From: Phycisphaeraceae bacterium
GTDB taxonomy: Bacteria > Planctomycetota > Phycisphaerae > Phycisphaerales > Zrk34
Assembly (NCBI GenBank): GCA_040905565.1
Contig: JBBDRF010000012.1
Coordinates: 32,001 to 96,000 of the forward strand
Length of the DNA stretch: 64,000 bases
Reading direction: 5' to 3'
Shown: positions 30,124 to 39,953 of the stretch, in pieces
Layout of the letters: each line of letters starts with the position of its first letter
Numbering within the stretch: the stretch's first letter is position 1
The notes under the pieces: generated by a model
Database searches by the model: none
The model's input: the letters and a program-made list of their open reading frames with translations, nothing else
What the model was told of the DNA's origin: nothing
Translations under genes and position numbers: made by a program

Positions 30124-30284
30124 GCCACCCTACAATCGTTTCGAACTGAAAGAAGACGGCAGCCGCCCGAGCGTATCACGCCCGACGGCTGGTATAGAGG
30201 CGAGACGGAGCGGTCTACACGCGTGCAGCAAAAACGTCCTGCTAAAACGTCCACCGCCCGTCACGTTTCTGAGGAATAAGTTAG

Positions 30285-31397
30285 ATGGCAGATACCGTTC
30301 AAATTGATCGCCTGCTCGACACGGTCGTCAAGCAGAACGTCGCTGACCTTCACCTGACGGTGGGGCGTCCGCCGACGGTCCGCCTTAAAGGGCGTTTGCG
30401 CGACCTGAAAACCAAAGTGCTTGAGCCCGACGATACCGTCGCACTCATGAAATCCATCACACCCGAACGCTCGCAGCAGGAGCTGCAGGAGCAGGGCGGG
30501 TGCGACTTCGGCTTCGCCTTCCGCGACGGCGCCCGCTTCCGTGTCTCGTGCTTCCGCCAGAAGGGCAATATTGCGCTCGTCCTCCGGCAGATTCCCAACG
30601 AACTGCTGACCTTCGAGCAGATCGGGCTCCCGGAAATCTGTCGTGATCTCATCCGCCGACCGCGTGGCCTGTTCCTCGTCACCGGGCCCACCGGTTCGGG
30701 CAAGACAACAAGCCTGGCGACGATGATCGATCACTGCAACAAGACGCTCGAACGTCATATCATCACCGTCGAAGACCCGATCGAGTATTACCACAATCAC
30801 AAGATGTCGGTGGTGAATCAGCGTGAGGTCGGCAACGATGTGCCCACCTTCGCCGAGGCGTTGCGGCGGGCGCTGCGTCAGGATCCCGACATCATCCTCG
30901 TCGGTGAACTTCGCGACCTTGAGACCATTGAAGCGGCCATTCGCGCTGCCGAGACGGGCCATCTCGTGTTCGGCACGCTTCACACAAACTCCGCGTCCGG
31001 CACGATCAACCGTGTGATCGACGCGTTCCCCGTCTCCCAGCAGGCGCAGATCCGCGTGCAGCTATCCACCAGTCTCATGGCGGTGCTGGCGCAGGCGCTG
31101 TTGCCTCGGGCCGACGGCTCAGGCATGATCGCCGCTTACGAATTCATGGTCTGCACGCCGGGCATCGCGAACCTGATTCGTGAAGGCAAGACGTTCCGGA
31201 TCGACTCGTCGATTCAGACCGGCAAGAAATTCGGCATGCAGCTCCTCGATGACCACCTGTGGGTGCTCTACACCCAGGGGCACATCAGTGCTGAGGAAAT
31301 GATTGATAAGTCCCGCGATCCAGCCGGTCTCGCCGACCGCGTCCACCGCGCAGGCGGCACCGTCGAACGGCCCGAACTTGATGAGATTGCGCCGTGA
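30285..31397 (+). CDS. pilT: Type IV pilus retraction ATPase PilT
   Basis: DLHLTVGRPP, GPTGSGKTT, LRQDPDIILVGELRD, AAETGHLVFGTLHT, AIRNLIRE-like GIANLIRE, GMQLLD; no N1 domain. Confidence 0.93.
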   Translation: MADTVQIDRLLDTVVKQNVADLHLTVGRPPTVRLKGRLRDLKTKVLEPDDTVALMKSITPERSQQELQEQGGCDFGFAFRDGARFRVSCFRQKGNIALVLRQIPNELLTFEQIGLPEICRDLIRRPRGLFLVTGPTGSGKTTSLATMIDHCNKTLERHIITVEDPIEYYHNHKMSVVNQREVGNDVPTFAEALRRALRQDPDIILVGELRDLETIEAAIRAAETGHLVFGTLHTNSASGTINRVIDAFPVSQQAQIRVQLSTSLMAVLAQALLPRADGSGMIAAYEFMVCTPGIANLIREGKTFRIDSSIQTGKKFGMQLLDDHLWVLYTQGHISAEEMIDKSRDPAGLADRVHRAGGTVERPELDEIAP

Positions 31398-31442
31398 TCG
31401 ACCTCGGCTGCTGATCCGCAAAGCGGGCGAAACGAGAACAGG

Positions 31443-31479
31443 AGAACCGTCGGCGGAAACGCTGCGGTTCTTTTTTTTT
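31443..31479 (+). terminator. Intrinsic terminator after pilT
   Basis: AGAACCG-T-CGGCG-GAAA-CGCTG-CGGTTCT stem-loop running into a 9-T tract. Confidence 0.8.
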
Positions 31480-31974
31480 CATCCAGCCGCCCCGATCTCG
31501 CCGATCGTGATGCACGTTCGGGTCGCTCTTTTTTGGTTGTTTATGAACTTTGCATGTTGCGCCGAAAGCTATGTGTCCACCATATTGGGCGACTTGCAGC
31601 GACGGGGCGAGACGCGGACGTGAATGATAAAGAGGCGATTTATATGCCCGTAATGCGCCAGAAAACATGTGTCCATGTGAAAAAAGGCGAAAATTGCGGG
31701 TTGTGGTGGTGCGGCAGGGATGGAACAATGGTGTGTGACGACAAACTGCGTCGTCAAGGTCTCGCCATGGGCGGCCGATAAACCCGAGGGACGCACGCCG
31801 CGGCAGGAGGAGAAGCGGCGGGCGGCTCGCGGGATTGAAAGCGGCCGTTCGGTGAGAAGCGTTTAGTGGTCGACGGAGTTTGCGTCGGCAAAGTAAAAGT
31901 GCGAATGGGCAGGGGGCCGACACGGGTCGGACGACAGATCAGAGAGCAAAGGGCCACTCACCCCGGAGGCATTC

Positions 31975-33735
31975 ATGGCCGGTACCAAGTCGTCAGGTAG
32001 TCAGGACATCAGCGCGTTGCGTGGCCGCAAGCTCGGCCGCATCCTTACCAAGCTAAGCAAGGTGACCCGCGAGCAGGTCCACGAAGCATTGGATCTGCAG
32101 CAGCAACGGCGCGTGCCGATCGGCCAGTTGCTCATCGAACTCGGCTACGTCAAGGAAGCCGACGTCAACGCGGCGCTGGCGGCGCAGGCGGGGATGGAGA
32201 CGCTGGATCTGGACCGTATCGAGATCGACGAAGAAGTCATCAAGATGGTCCCCGCCGAGACGGTGCAGGCGTGCCAGGTGATGCCCATCGCCTACGACGA
32301 AACAACCAAGACGCTCACCGTCGCGCTCAAGAGTGCCGACAACTTCCGGGCCGTCGACGACATCCGCCTGCTCCTGGGGCTGAAGGTCAAATCCGTCGTC
32401 GCGGATTCAAAACAAGTCGAAACGGCGATCGAGCGGAACTACGGCGACGATACCGAATCGATCACCTCGCTGATCTCCGACATGAGCAGCGACTCCAAGC
32501 TTTCCGAGCTTCAGGACCGTCGCGATCAGTCGATCGATCTGGAAACGCTGACCGCCGCCGCCGAGGACAACAAGGTCAAGCGCCTGTTGAACCTGGTGCT
32601 GCTGCAGGCGATCAAGGACAAGGCGTCGGACGTGCATTTTGAGCCGTTCGAGAGCGAATTCAAGATGCGCTACCGGGTCGACGGCGTGCTGTACGAGATG
32701 ATCCCGCCGCCGCGGCATCTGTCGTGGGCGATCACCTCGCGTATCAAGGTCATGGCGAACCTGGACATTGCCGAGCGCCGGCTGCCTCAGGACGGCCGAA
32801 TTGAACTGATGGTCGGCGGGGCGCAGGTCGACTTGCGTGTGGCGGTACTGCCGACGATGTTCGGCGAATCGGTCGTGATGCGTGTGCTTGACCGCAGCAA
32901 CGTTTCGCTGGACCTCGAGCGTGTCGGCCTTCGCGAAGACGATCTGGAAACCGTGCGTCAGCTGATGCACAAGCCCAACGGCATCGTGCTGGTGACCGGG
33001 CCGACCGGCTCGGGTAAGACGACGACGCTTTACGCTGCCCTGCATGAGCTGAACACGATTGACGTGAAGATTCTTACCGCGGAAGACCCCGTCGAATATG
33101 ACATCGACGGGTTGCTTCAGGTGCAGATCAACGAAGGCCAGGGGATGACGTTCGCCAAGTCGCTGCGAAGCTTCCTCAGGCAGGATCCCGACATCATTCT
33201 TGTCGGTGAAATTCGTGACCTTGAGACGGCCCAGATCGCGGTGCAGGCTTCGCTGACGGGTCACTTGGTGTTCTCGACGCTGCATACGAACGACGCGCCG
33301 TCGTCGATCGCGCGTGTACTCGACCTCGGGCTGGAGCCGTTCCTCGTGACGGCCACGCTGGAAGGGGTTGTGGCGCAACGGCTGGTTCGGCGTATCTGTA
33401 ATCGCTGTCGCGAGGAATACACCCCCAGCGAAGAGCAGCTGCTTGAGTTGGAGCTGACGCCGGAGGACGTGGAAGGGCGTGTGTTCTACCGCGGCCGAGG
33501 GTGTGAGCGGTGCAACCAGAGCGGCTACCGAGGCCGACTCGCCATCTACGAAATCATGGTGCTCGACGACGAGCTTAAGGATCTGATCATGCAGCACGCT
33601 TCGACAACGGTGCTGCGCAGCGAGGCCCGCAAGCGGGGGATGCGGACGCTGAGGCAGTCAGGCCTGATGGGGATCTACGACGGGATCACGACGATCGACG
33701 AGGTCGTCCGCGAAACCGTGCTGGAAGAAGATTAG
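31975..33735 (+). CDS. pilB: Type IV pilus/T2SS extension ATPase (PilB/GspE family), copy 2
   Basis: MshEN-like N-terminus, ASDVHFEP, LDIAERRLPQDGR, Walker A, CNRC...CERC, GGAGG RBS. Confidence 0.9.
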   Translation: MAGTKSSGSQDISALRGRKLGRILTKLSKVTREQVHEALDLQQQRRVPIGQLLIELGYVKEADVNAALAAQAGMETLDLDRIEIDEEVIKMVPAETVQACQVMPIAYDETTKTLTVALKSADNFRAVDDIRLLLGLKVKSVVADSKQVETAIERNYGDDTESITSLISDMSSDSKLSELQDRRDQSIDLETLTAAAEDNKVKRLLNLVLLQAIKDKASDVHFEPFESEFKMRYRVDGVLYEMIPPPRHLSWAITSRIKVMANLDIAERRLPQDGRIELMVGGAQVDLRVAVLPTMFGESVVMRVLDRSNVSLDLERVGLREDDLETVRQLMHKPNGIVLVTGPTGSGKTTTLYAALHELNTIDVKILTAEDPVEYDIDGLLQVQINEGQGMTFAKSLRSFLRQDPDIILVGEIRDLETAQIAVQASLTGHLVFSTLHTNDAPSSIARVLDLGLEPFLVTATLEGVVAQRLVRRICNRCREEYTPSEEQLLELELTPEDVEGRVFYRGRGCERCNQSGYRGRLAIYEIMVLDDELKDLIMQHASTTVLRSEARKRGMRTLRQSGLMGIYDGITTIDEVVRETVLEED

Positions 33736-33816
33736 TGCCCGCAATCCGCTTCGGTGCATGGTGCACCTGGCGCGTGGTCGTGAGAGGTTCAGAACACTGC
33801 AACGGGAACGAAGCCG

Positions 33817-35091
33817 ATGCCTACCTATCAATATGAAGCGCTGGACGGAACGGGTAAGACCCAAAAAGGGACGATCGAGGCGAACACGAACGAAGATGCC
33901 TTGGCACGTCTCAAGGGGCAGGGCTATTTCCCACGCGTGGTGCGTGAGAAGAAGGTGCGAGGCCAAGGGGCGGCTGCTGGGGGCGGTGCCGGCAAGAAGA
34001 AGAAACGCGGCGAACTGTCCATCAGCTTCGGCGGCGTGAAGAAGAAGGTGATCACGCAGTTCACGCGGCAGCTTTCGACGCTGCAGGACGCGGGGCTGCC
34101 CATCCTTCGTTCGCTTCAGATTCTCACTGAGCAGCAGAAGCCGGGCAAGTTCAAGAACGCCCTGGCCGAGACGCAGTCGGACGTCGAGGGCGGTGCCGCG
34201 CTCAGCGAAGCGATGGCCAAGCATCCCAAAGCTTTCGACCGTCTGTACACGAAGATGGTGGCGGCCGGCGAGGTCGGCGGTGTGCTGGACATCATCCTCC
34301 AGCGACTCGCCGAGTTCATGGAGAAGGCCGAACGGCTCAAGCGGAAAATCAAGGGCGCCATGGTCTACCCCGCGGTGGTCATGACCGTCGCAGCGGGCAT
34401 CCTGCTGGGCATCATGATCTTCGTGGTGCCTTCGTTTGAAGAGATCTTCGCGGACATGGACATTGAACTGCCCGCGCCCACGCAGATGCTCATTCAGAGC
34501 GCGAACTGGATCGCCGGCGTGCAGGAGGGCCAGACGATACCCGGCTGGCTGATCATCGTCGCCACGCCGTTCCTGATCATGTTCGCCTTCAAGCTCATCC
34601 GAAAAACGCGCCACGGCCGAAGCGCCACCGATCACGCGGTGATGTGGATTCCTGTCGTCGGCAAACTCGTTCAGCTTCAGGCGATCGCCCGGTTTTCGCG
34701 AACGCTGGGGACGCTGATTTCCGCCGGTGTGCCCATTCTCGAAGCGATCCTGATTACCCGCGATACGGTCGGCAACGCCGTGTATGAAAAGGCGTTGCAG
34801 CGTGTGCACGATTCGATCCGTGAGGGCGAGTCGTTCGCGGAGCCGCTGCGTGAGGCCAAGGTTTGCGACGCCATCGTGGTGAACATGATCGACGTCGGTG
34901 AAGAGACGGGCGACCTGGACAAGATGCTCTCGAAGATCGCGGACAACTACGACGACGAGGTCGACACCGCCGTCGGCGCGCTGGTGAGCATGCTCGAACC
35001 GATCATGGTCGTGTTCCTCGGCGGCACGATCGGGTTCATCGTGATCTCGCTGTTCATGCCGATGATCTCGATGATTGACGCGGTCAGCTGA
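33817..35091 (+). CDS. pilC: Type IV pilus platform protein PilC (GspF family)
   Basis: FTRQLSTLQDAGLP, AGEVGGVLD, IKGAMVYP, VGEETGDLDKML, SMLEP. Confidence 0.93.
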   Translation: MPTYQYEALDGTGKTQKGTIEANTNEDALARLKGQGYFPRVVREKKVRGQGAAAGGGAGKKKKRGELSISFGGVKKKVITQFTRQLSTLQDAGLPILRSLQILTEQQKPGKFKNALAETQSDVEGGAALSEAMAKHPKAFDRLYTKMVAAGEVGGVLDIILQRLAEFMEKAERLKRKIKGAMVYPAVVMTVAAGILLGIMIFVVPSFEEIFADMDIELPAPTQMLIQSANWIAGVQEGQTIPGWLIIVATPFLIMFAFKLIRKTRHGRSATDHAVMWIPVVGKLVQLQAIARFSRTLGTLISAGVPILEAILITRDTVGNAVYEKALQRVHDSIREGESFAEPLREAKVCDAIVVNMIDVGEETGDLDKMLSKIADNYDDEVDTAVGALVSMLEPIMVVFLGGTIGFIVISLFMPMISMIDAVS

Positions 35092-35137
35092 TCGAAGTCC
35101 CGCAGGGCGATCGGCCCCGGAAGGAGCGTGCGTCGTG

Positions 35138-35941
35138 ATGAAAAATAACAGCCAACAAAAGCGATTAACTGCGGGTTTCACCCTCATCGAGTTGCTGGTG
35201 GTGGTCGGTATCATCGCTGTCCTCGTCGGCATGGCGGTGGTGGGCGTGAACGCCGCCCGTAATGCCGCCCGCGATGTCGCCGGTCAGCAGTTTCTAGCCG
35301 GCATCAGCATGGCGCTGTCGCAGTACGAGCGTGATTTCAACGACCTGCCGCCGAGCAACTTCGCAGACGTCACCACCGATTCGTTCGGCGTAGATGCGAC
35401 GTCGATCGTCGACGATCAATGGAGCGGCGCGGAGATTCTGGCTCAGGCGCTCGTGGGGCCGCGGTCGGATGACGGCGAGCGAGGGCCCGGCTATCGGCAG
35501 ACCGGTCGCAACTACGGCGCCTATCTCGATGCGCACGACACGAACAACCTTGTTTACCTCGCCAACGCCGACGAACCGCCCTTCGAACAGTACGACAGCC
35601 CCGACGGCACCTACTACGTGCCCCAGGACGGCGCGACCTTTGATCGGCCCGACGGCCGGTGGGGGCTCACGACCAACGTCGAGCAGTGGCCGATCCTCTA
35701 CTACCGTGCGGAGCCGCAAGGCACGACCGGGGCGGGCGATATCTGGAGCGACGGCGGCCGCTTCGACACACGCGACAACGAAACCATCCTGAACGCCAGC
35801 GGTCACGATGCGGATGATCCCGCCACCACCTACTCCGAAGCCTTTGTGATGACCCTGCGCAGCAGCGACTTCCTGCTCGCTGCGCCTGGGCGCGACAACC
35901 GTTTCGGCACCGAAGATGACACCACGACGGCCGGGCCCTGA
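35138..35941 (+). CDS. Prepilin-type protein 1 (GspG-like C-terminus)
   Basis: Class III signal AG|FTLIELLVVVGII with E5; C-terminal APGRDNRFGTEDD. Confidence 0.85.
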   Translation: MKNNSQQKRLTAGFTLIELLVVVGIIAVLVGMAVVGVNAARNAARDVAGQQFLAGISMALSQYERDFNDLPPSNFADVTTDSFGVDATSIVDDQWSGAEILAQALVGPRSDDGERGPGYRQTGRNYGAYLDAHDTNNLVYLANADEPPFEQYDSPDGTYYVPQDGATFDRPDGRWGLTTNVEQWPILYYRAEPQGTTGAGDIWSDGGRFDTRDNETILNASGHDADDPATTYSEAFVMTLRSSDFLLAAPGRDNRFGTEDDTTTAGP

Positions 35942-35987
35942 TCGTCGGCCACCACGCACGCGGACATCGGACCCATACTGCGGAGGC

Positions 35988-36728
35988 ATGCAGGTGACAG
36001 CGCAACAAAAATATCAAAACGCCACAGGTCAGGCCCGACGGGCTCGGCGCATGCATGGCTTTACGCTGCTCGAACTGCTGGTCGTCATCAGCATCATGAT
36101 GGTGCTGGTGGGCATCGGCGCCACGCTCGGGCCGGCGATCTCCGGACGCGGCAGCGATCAGATGACGCGCACCGCCCTCAGCGTCGGCGAATCGGCGCTG
36201 ACCGAGTACCGCGCCCTCACAGGCCGTTGGCCCGACATCGTCAACGCGGATGACTACCCCGTCACCCGCATCGGTGCCGCCAGCAACACGATCACACTGC
36301 CGATCAATGATCGCGAGACGTTTGAGGACCACTCCATCGAACGCTTCGTCGCCCGCACGCTGCAGACGACGGTGACCGATGACGATGTCGTCGTGCTTCG
36401 GCGTCGCAGTTCGCTTAACTCGCTTTACGAAGACCTCTCCGACAAAGTCCTGACCGATGAGGACACCACCGGCGACGGCGTGGACTTCCTCGAGCTTCGC
36501 GATGGTTGGGGCAAGAAGCTTCTCTACGTCCCGCCGATGCGCACGATCGACCCAGCCGTCTTCGACGACTGGAACGACGACTACATGTACTTCCTGCCTC
36601 TGCGGGACACGCCGTACTTCGTCTCGGCCGGGTCGGATGGCGAGTTCGGCGACGTTCACGCAGCCGAGGGCACTGACGAGCACGAAGCCTCGCTGGACAA
36701 CCTCTACTCCTACGACGTGGTGAACTGA
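35988..36728 (+). CDS. Prepilin-type protein 2 (GspG-like)
   Basis: HG|FTLLELLVVISI; DGWG...Y and SAGSDGEFG motifs; GGAGG RBS. Confidence 0.85.
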   Translation: MQVTAQQKYQNATGQARRARRMHGFTLLELLVVISIMMVLVGIGATLGPAISGRGSDQMTRTALSVGESALTEYRALTGRWPDIVNADDYPVTRIGAASNTITLPINDRETFEDHSIERFVARTLQTTVTDDDVVVLRRRSSLNSLYEDLSDKVLTDEDTTGDGVDFLELRDGWGKKLLYVPPMRTIDPAVFDDWNDDYMYFLPLRDTPYFVSAGSDGEFGDVHAAEGTDEHEASLDNLYSYDVVN

Positions 36729-36730
36729 GC

Positions 36731-37585
36731 ATGAGCATGCCCAAGCGACAAAACACGGCTCCGGCGAGGCCCAGGCGGACCGGGTTCAGCCTGGTGGAAC
36801 TGCTGGTGGTGATCGCGATCATCGGCATCATCCTCAGCGTGGCGGTGCCGGCGATGAGCCGGATGATGTCCGGCACGAAGGTCGAATCCTCCCGCTCCAC
36901 CGTCAGCGCCGCCGTGGCGACGGCCCGCGCCCACGCCACCATCACGCCGTCGTTCCCCGTCGGCCAGTACCGAGGCTCCGCCGTCGTCTTTACCCCCGCC
37001 AACGAAATCCGCATCACTAAGCATCGCTTCGATGCAAGAGATGGGGGCGGCGACCTGCTGGTTTACGCGGACCGCGCCGGTTACGCCGACATTGCCGACG
37101 AACCCTACGCCATGATTCCCCGCGGCGTCGGCGTAGTGGGCATCGCACGCGGCGACACCAATGAGCCCCGCCTGCTGACCCCGCCGTTCGCCATCCGCTT
37201 CAACCAGACGGGCATCATGGTGCCAGGCAGTGCGAACAACACCGGCGATGAGACGCGGATCGTCTTTTACGACTACGACGAAGACTTTGAGTATGAAACC
37301 AGCAGCTATCGGCTGGCTGATTACGACGTTGACGAATTTGACCCCGAGGTGGTTGGCAAGACGGCTGGCAACTGGGACGGCGAGCGTTACCTGCTGCCGT
37401 TCGGTCGTCTTGATGCGGTCATCGGCGTCATCGTTTACGACAAGGCTTCGCTGCGGTCGTCGGGGAATGACCTCGTCGGCAGCGGGGACGTCGACAGCCT
37501 GAACGCCGCCGCCCGCACGTGGATTCTCGAAAACGGGCGGCCGGTTTTCTTCAATCGTTACAGCGGAGCGGGGATCAAGCCATGA
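36731..37585 (+). CDS. Prepilin-type protein 3 (FimU/GspH-like)
   Basis: TG|FSLVELLVVIAIIGIILSVAVP, ARAHA helix, C-terminal FFNRYSG. Confidence 0.82.
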   Translation: MSMPKRQNTAPARPRRTGFSLVELLVVIAIIGIILSVAVPAMSRMMSGTKVESSRSTVSAAVATARAHATITPSFPVGQYRGSAVVFTPANEIRITKHRFDARDGGGDLLVYADRAGYADIADEPYAMIPRGVGVVGIARGDTNEPRLLTPPFAIRFNQTGIMVPGSANNTGDETRIVFYDYDEDFEYETSSYRLADYDVDEFDPEVVGKTAGNWDGERYLLPFGRLDAVIGVIVYDKASLRSSGNDLVGSGDVDSLNAAARTWILENGRPVFFNRYSGAGIKP

Positions 37586-38448
37586 GCATACCCACACGCC
37601 ACATCGATGCGTCCCACCGCACCAACCGAGCGTTCTCCATGCTCGAAGTGCTCTTCTCGCTGATGATCCTCGGCGTCGGGCTACTCGCCGTCGCCAGCAT
37701 CTTCCCCGTCGCCACGGTGCTCCAACGCGAGACCGTCGACGACATCTACGCCCAGCAGGCCACCGAAAGCGTCACCGCCATGGTTCTCGGCCGAGGCTTC
37801 AGCCGGGAACAACTGTCCGATCCGACAACCGGTGTGGATCCTATCCCTGATGTTCAACCGATGCCCCAGGAGGTACTGGAAGAAGCCAGCCCCGGCCTGA
37901 ACGACATCAACTGGCTCCTCGCCGACCGTTGCTATCCGGGCTACCAGCCGAGTTTCGACATCGCCGGCGACGAAAGCTTTGCCGACAACCACCTCGATCG
38001 CCTCTACTACTGGGTGCCGCTGGTGCAGTGGAAGGAGGACGACACGTGGCGTATTTACGTGTTCATCCTTCGCAATGCGACCAAATCAGATTACGCCCTG
38101 ACGGATATCGACCTGTCCGACGATACGCAGTTCGCGAACCCGACCGATTCAATCGATGTGCCCCGCGTGCGTCGGCAGGGTGACATCACGTCCACGGTGA
38201 ACGGCTTCGAGATGACGTTCAACGATGTGGGCCCGCATTTCCATCCCTCGCGTGATCTGGATCTGGGCACGCAGTTCCTGGATAACCACGGCGTGATTCA
38301 TACGGTGGTCCTGATCTCCGGGCAGACGGTGACGGTGGCGGCTCCGATCGAGCAGCAACCCGACGAAATCTGGTACGGCATGCGGTCATCGGACGATCGC
38401 ATCTCGGCCCGCAAAGTTCTGTCCTTCGGCAGCGAGGTGTTGCGATGA
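37582..38448 (+). CDS. Prepilin-type protein 4 (PilV/GspI-like)
   Basis: RA|FSMLEVLFSLMILGVGLLAVASIFP; start overlaps the upstream stop (ATGA). Confidence 0.82.
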   Translation: MSIPTRHIDASHRTNRAFSMLEVLFSLMILGVGLLAVASIFPVATVLQRETVDDIYAQQATESVTAMVLGRGFSREQLSDPTTGVDPIPDVQPMPQEVLEEASPGLNDINWLLADRCYPGYQPSFDIAGDESFADNHLDRLYYWVPLVQWKEDDTWRIYVFILRNATKSDYALTDIDLSDDTQFANPTDSIDVPRVRRQGDITSTVNGFEMTFNDVGPHFHPSRDLDLGTQFLDNHGVIHTVVLISGQTVTVAAPIEQQPDEIWYGMRSSDDRISARKVLSFGSEVLR

Positions 38449-39905
38449 TGACTGGTCAACCACGCATGTCTGAAACGAGCCGCGACCGTGAGGGAGCGGT
38501 TGTGTCTGCGAACGCTGCCTCGGGCCGCACAGCACACGGTTCCTGGGCCGATGCGATCTCCGGTGATGGCTCGGCTGCCCCCACGCCGGTCCGCTCCCTA
38601 ACGGTCGCGGCTCGTATTCGGGCCCGTCGGTCAGGCCGCGCGGGATTCACCCTGATCGAACTGCTGGTGGCGATGAGTGTGACGCTGCTGCTGCTGTTGT
38701 TCGTGAACGGTGTGTTCAATGCGATCTCGGCGGGGGTTCGCACGGGGCTGGCGACGAGCGACATTGTGCAGTCCGGCCGGGTGGTTTCCGACCAACTCGC
38801 CCGCGATGCGGAGAAGATGGTGGGCCCGGCCGACAACGGCGTGCTGATCATCACCAATCAGTGGGTGTCTGACGTGCCGTTCACGGAGAGCGATGACGGC
38901 TTCAATCCGGACATCAATCAACGTCGCGCCGATCAGATCACGTTCATCCGGTCTGCTGACGGTCTGCAATCGATCACGCCGGGGACTACGAGTTACTTCA
39001 CGCCGCAGAGCGGTCTGAGTGCGTCGTTCGCCCGTGTGAACTACGGCCACGCTCTGCGGACGATGCCCGACGGTAGCGATCCGGCGGACCCATCTTTGGG
39101 CGTCCCCAACTCGCCGAATGAGTATTCCGCGGAGTGGATCCTGGGCCGACAGGCGCTGCTGCTTTCGACGGAAGTTGGCACCGTAAGTACCGGCACCGTC
39201 TTCGCGCAAGGTGGTGGCGCTAACGCGGGCGTATCCGGGCTCGGCACAAGCATACCCGCGAGTGTCCCGCGGGTGACGTCGCAGGGCCTGACCGACATCG
39301 CCGCTTACGGACTATCTAATGAACATCCGAACACCACTTATGGCGGTGCGATGGTGGGAGACGTGGAAGATTCCGTCAACGACATCAACTACGAATCCCG
39401 CCTGTACCGCGACCTTGATGCGAATGAGTACACCGATCGCGCCTTGAACTACACGTACGCCAGGGATCGCCTGCGGGTGAACCCGATTCCCCTGTACGAT
39501 CCCGATGATGTGTACCTCTACCAAGCTTGGCAGATGGCGCAGATGCATCCGATGCTGGCGACGGGTGTGACGGATTTCGTCGTGGAATTTGCTGGCGACT
39601 ACGACACCACGGTAGACGGCATCGACCTCGATGGCGCCGGGCGGATCCGGTGGTACAGCTTTCTTGATCTGCCCGACGACGGGTTCAACGTGGCTGGCAG
39701 CGAAGGACCCCTCTTACGCAATGAGTTCGATGCGAACGGCGAGCCGTTTCAGGCCTTCATCTTCCGTCATAGTTCTTCGGGTGACACGAATTGGCCTCAT
39801 CTGATTCGGATTCGCTATCGGGTGACGGATCCGGATGGTTTGTTGACCGATGAGGACGGTGTGCCGGGGCGGATGTACGAGCAGATTATTCGCGTGCCTC
39901 GCTAA
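38445..39905 (+). CDS. Prepilin-type protein 5 (PilW/GspJ-like) with a 67-aa leader
   Basis: AG|FTLIELLVAMSV at codon 67/68; QLARD; C-terminal WPHLIRIRYRVTD; ATGA overlap with the upstream gene. Confidence 0.82.
   Translation: MMTGQPRMSETSRDREGAVVSANAASGRTAHGSWADAISGDGSAAPTPVRSLTVAARIRARRSGRAGFTLIELLVAMSVTLLLLLFVNGVFNAISAGVRTGLATSDIVQSGRVVSDQLARDAEKMVGPADNGVLIITNQWVSDVPFTESDDGFNPDINQRRADQITFIRSADGLQSITPGTTSYFTPQSGLSASFARVNYGHALRTMPDGSDPADPSLGVPNSPNEYSAEWILGRQALLLSTEVGTVSTGTVFAQGGGANAGVSGLGTSIPASVPRVTSQGLTDIAAYGLSNEHPNTTYGGAMVGDVEDSVNDINYESRLYRDLDANEYTDRALNYTYARDRLRVNPIPLYDPDDVYLYQAWQMAQMHPMLATGVTDFVVEFAGDYDTTVDGIDLDGAGRIRWYSFLDLPDDGFNVAGSEGPLLRNEFDANGEPFQAFIFRHSSSGDTNWPHLIRIRYRVTDPDGLLTDEDGVPGRMYEQIIRVPR
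38475..38619. repeat. REP-doublet (REPIN/MITE-like) element, copy 1, in frame inside a prepilin leader
   Basis: 25-bp inverted repeats ACGAGCCGCGACCGTGAGGGAGCGG (38475-38499) and CCGCTCCCTAACGGTCGCGGCTCGT (38591-38615), one mismatch. Confidence 0.8.
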
Positions 39906-39953
39906 ACGCGATTTTTGGCCGCTTTAACGCGGCTGACGTCTAAGGAGATACCC

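Noticed and set aside
31480..31974. c-di-GMP riboswitch or small ORFs before pilB2
   Set aside because: No GEMM-type consensus was recognisable, and the ORFs lack an RBS or protein-like features.
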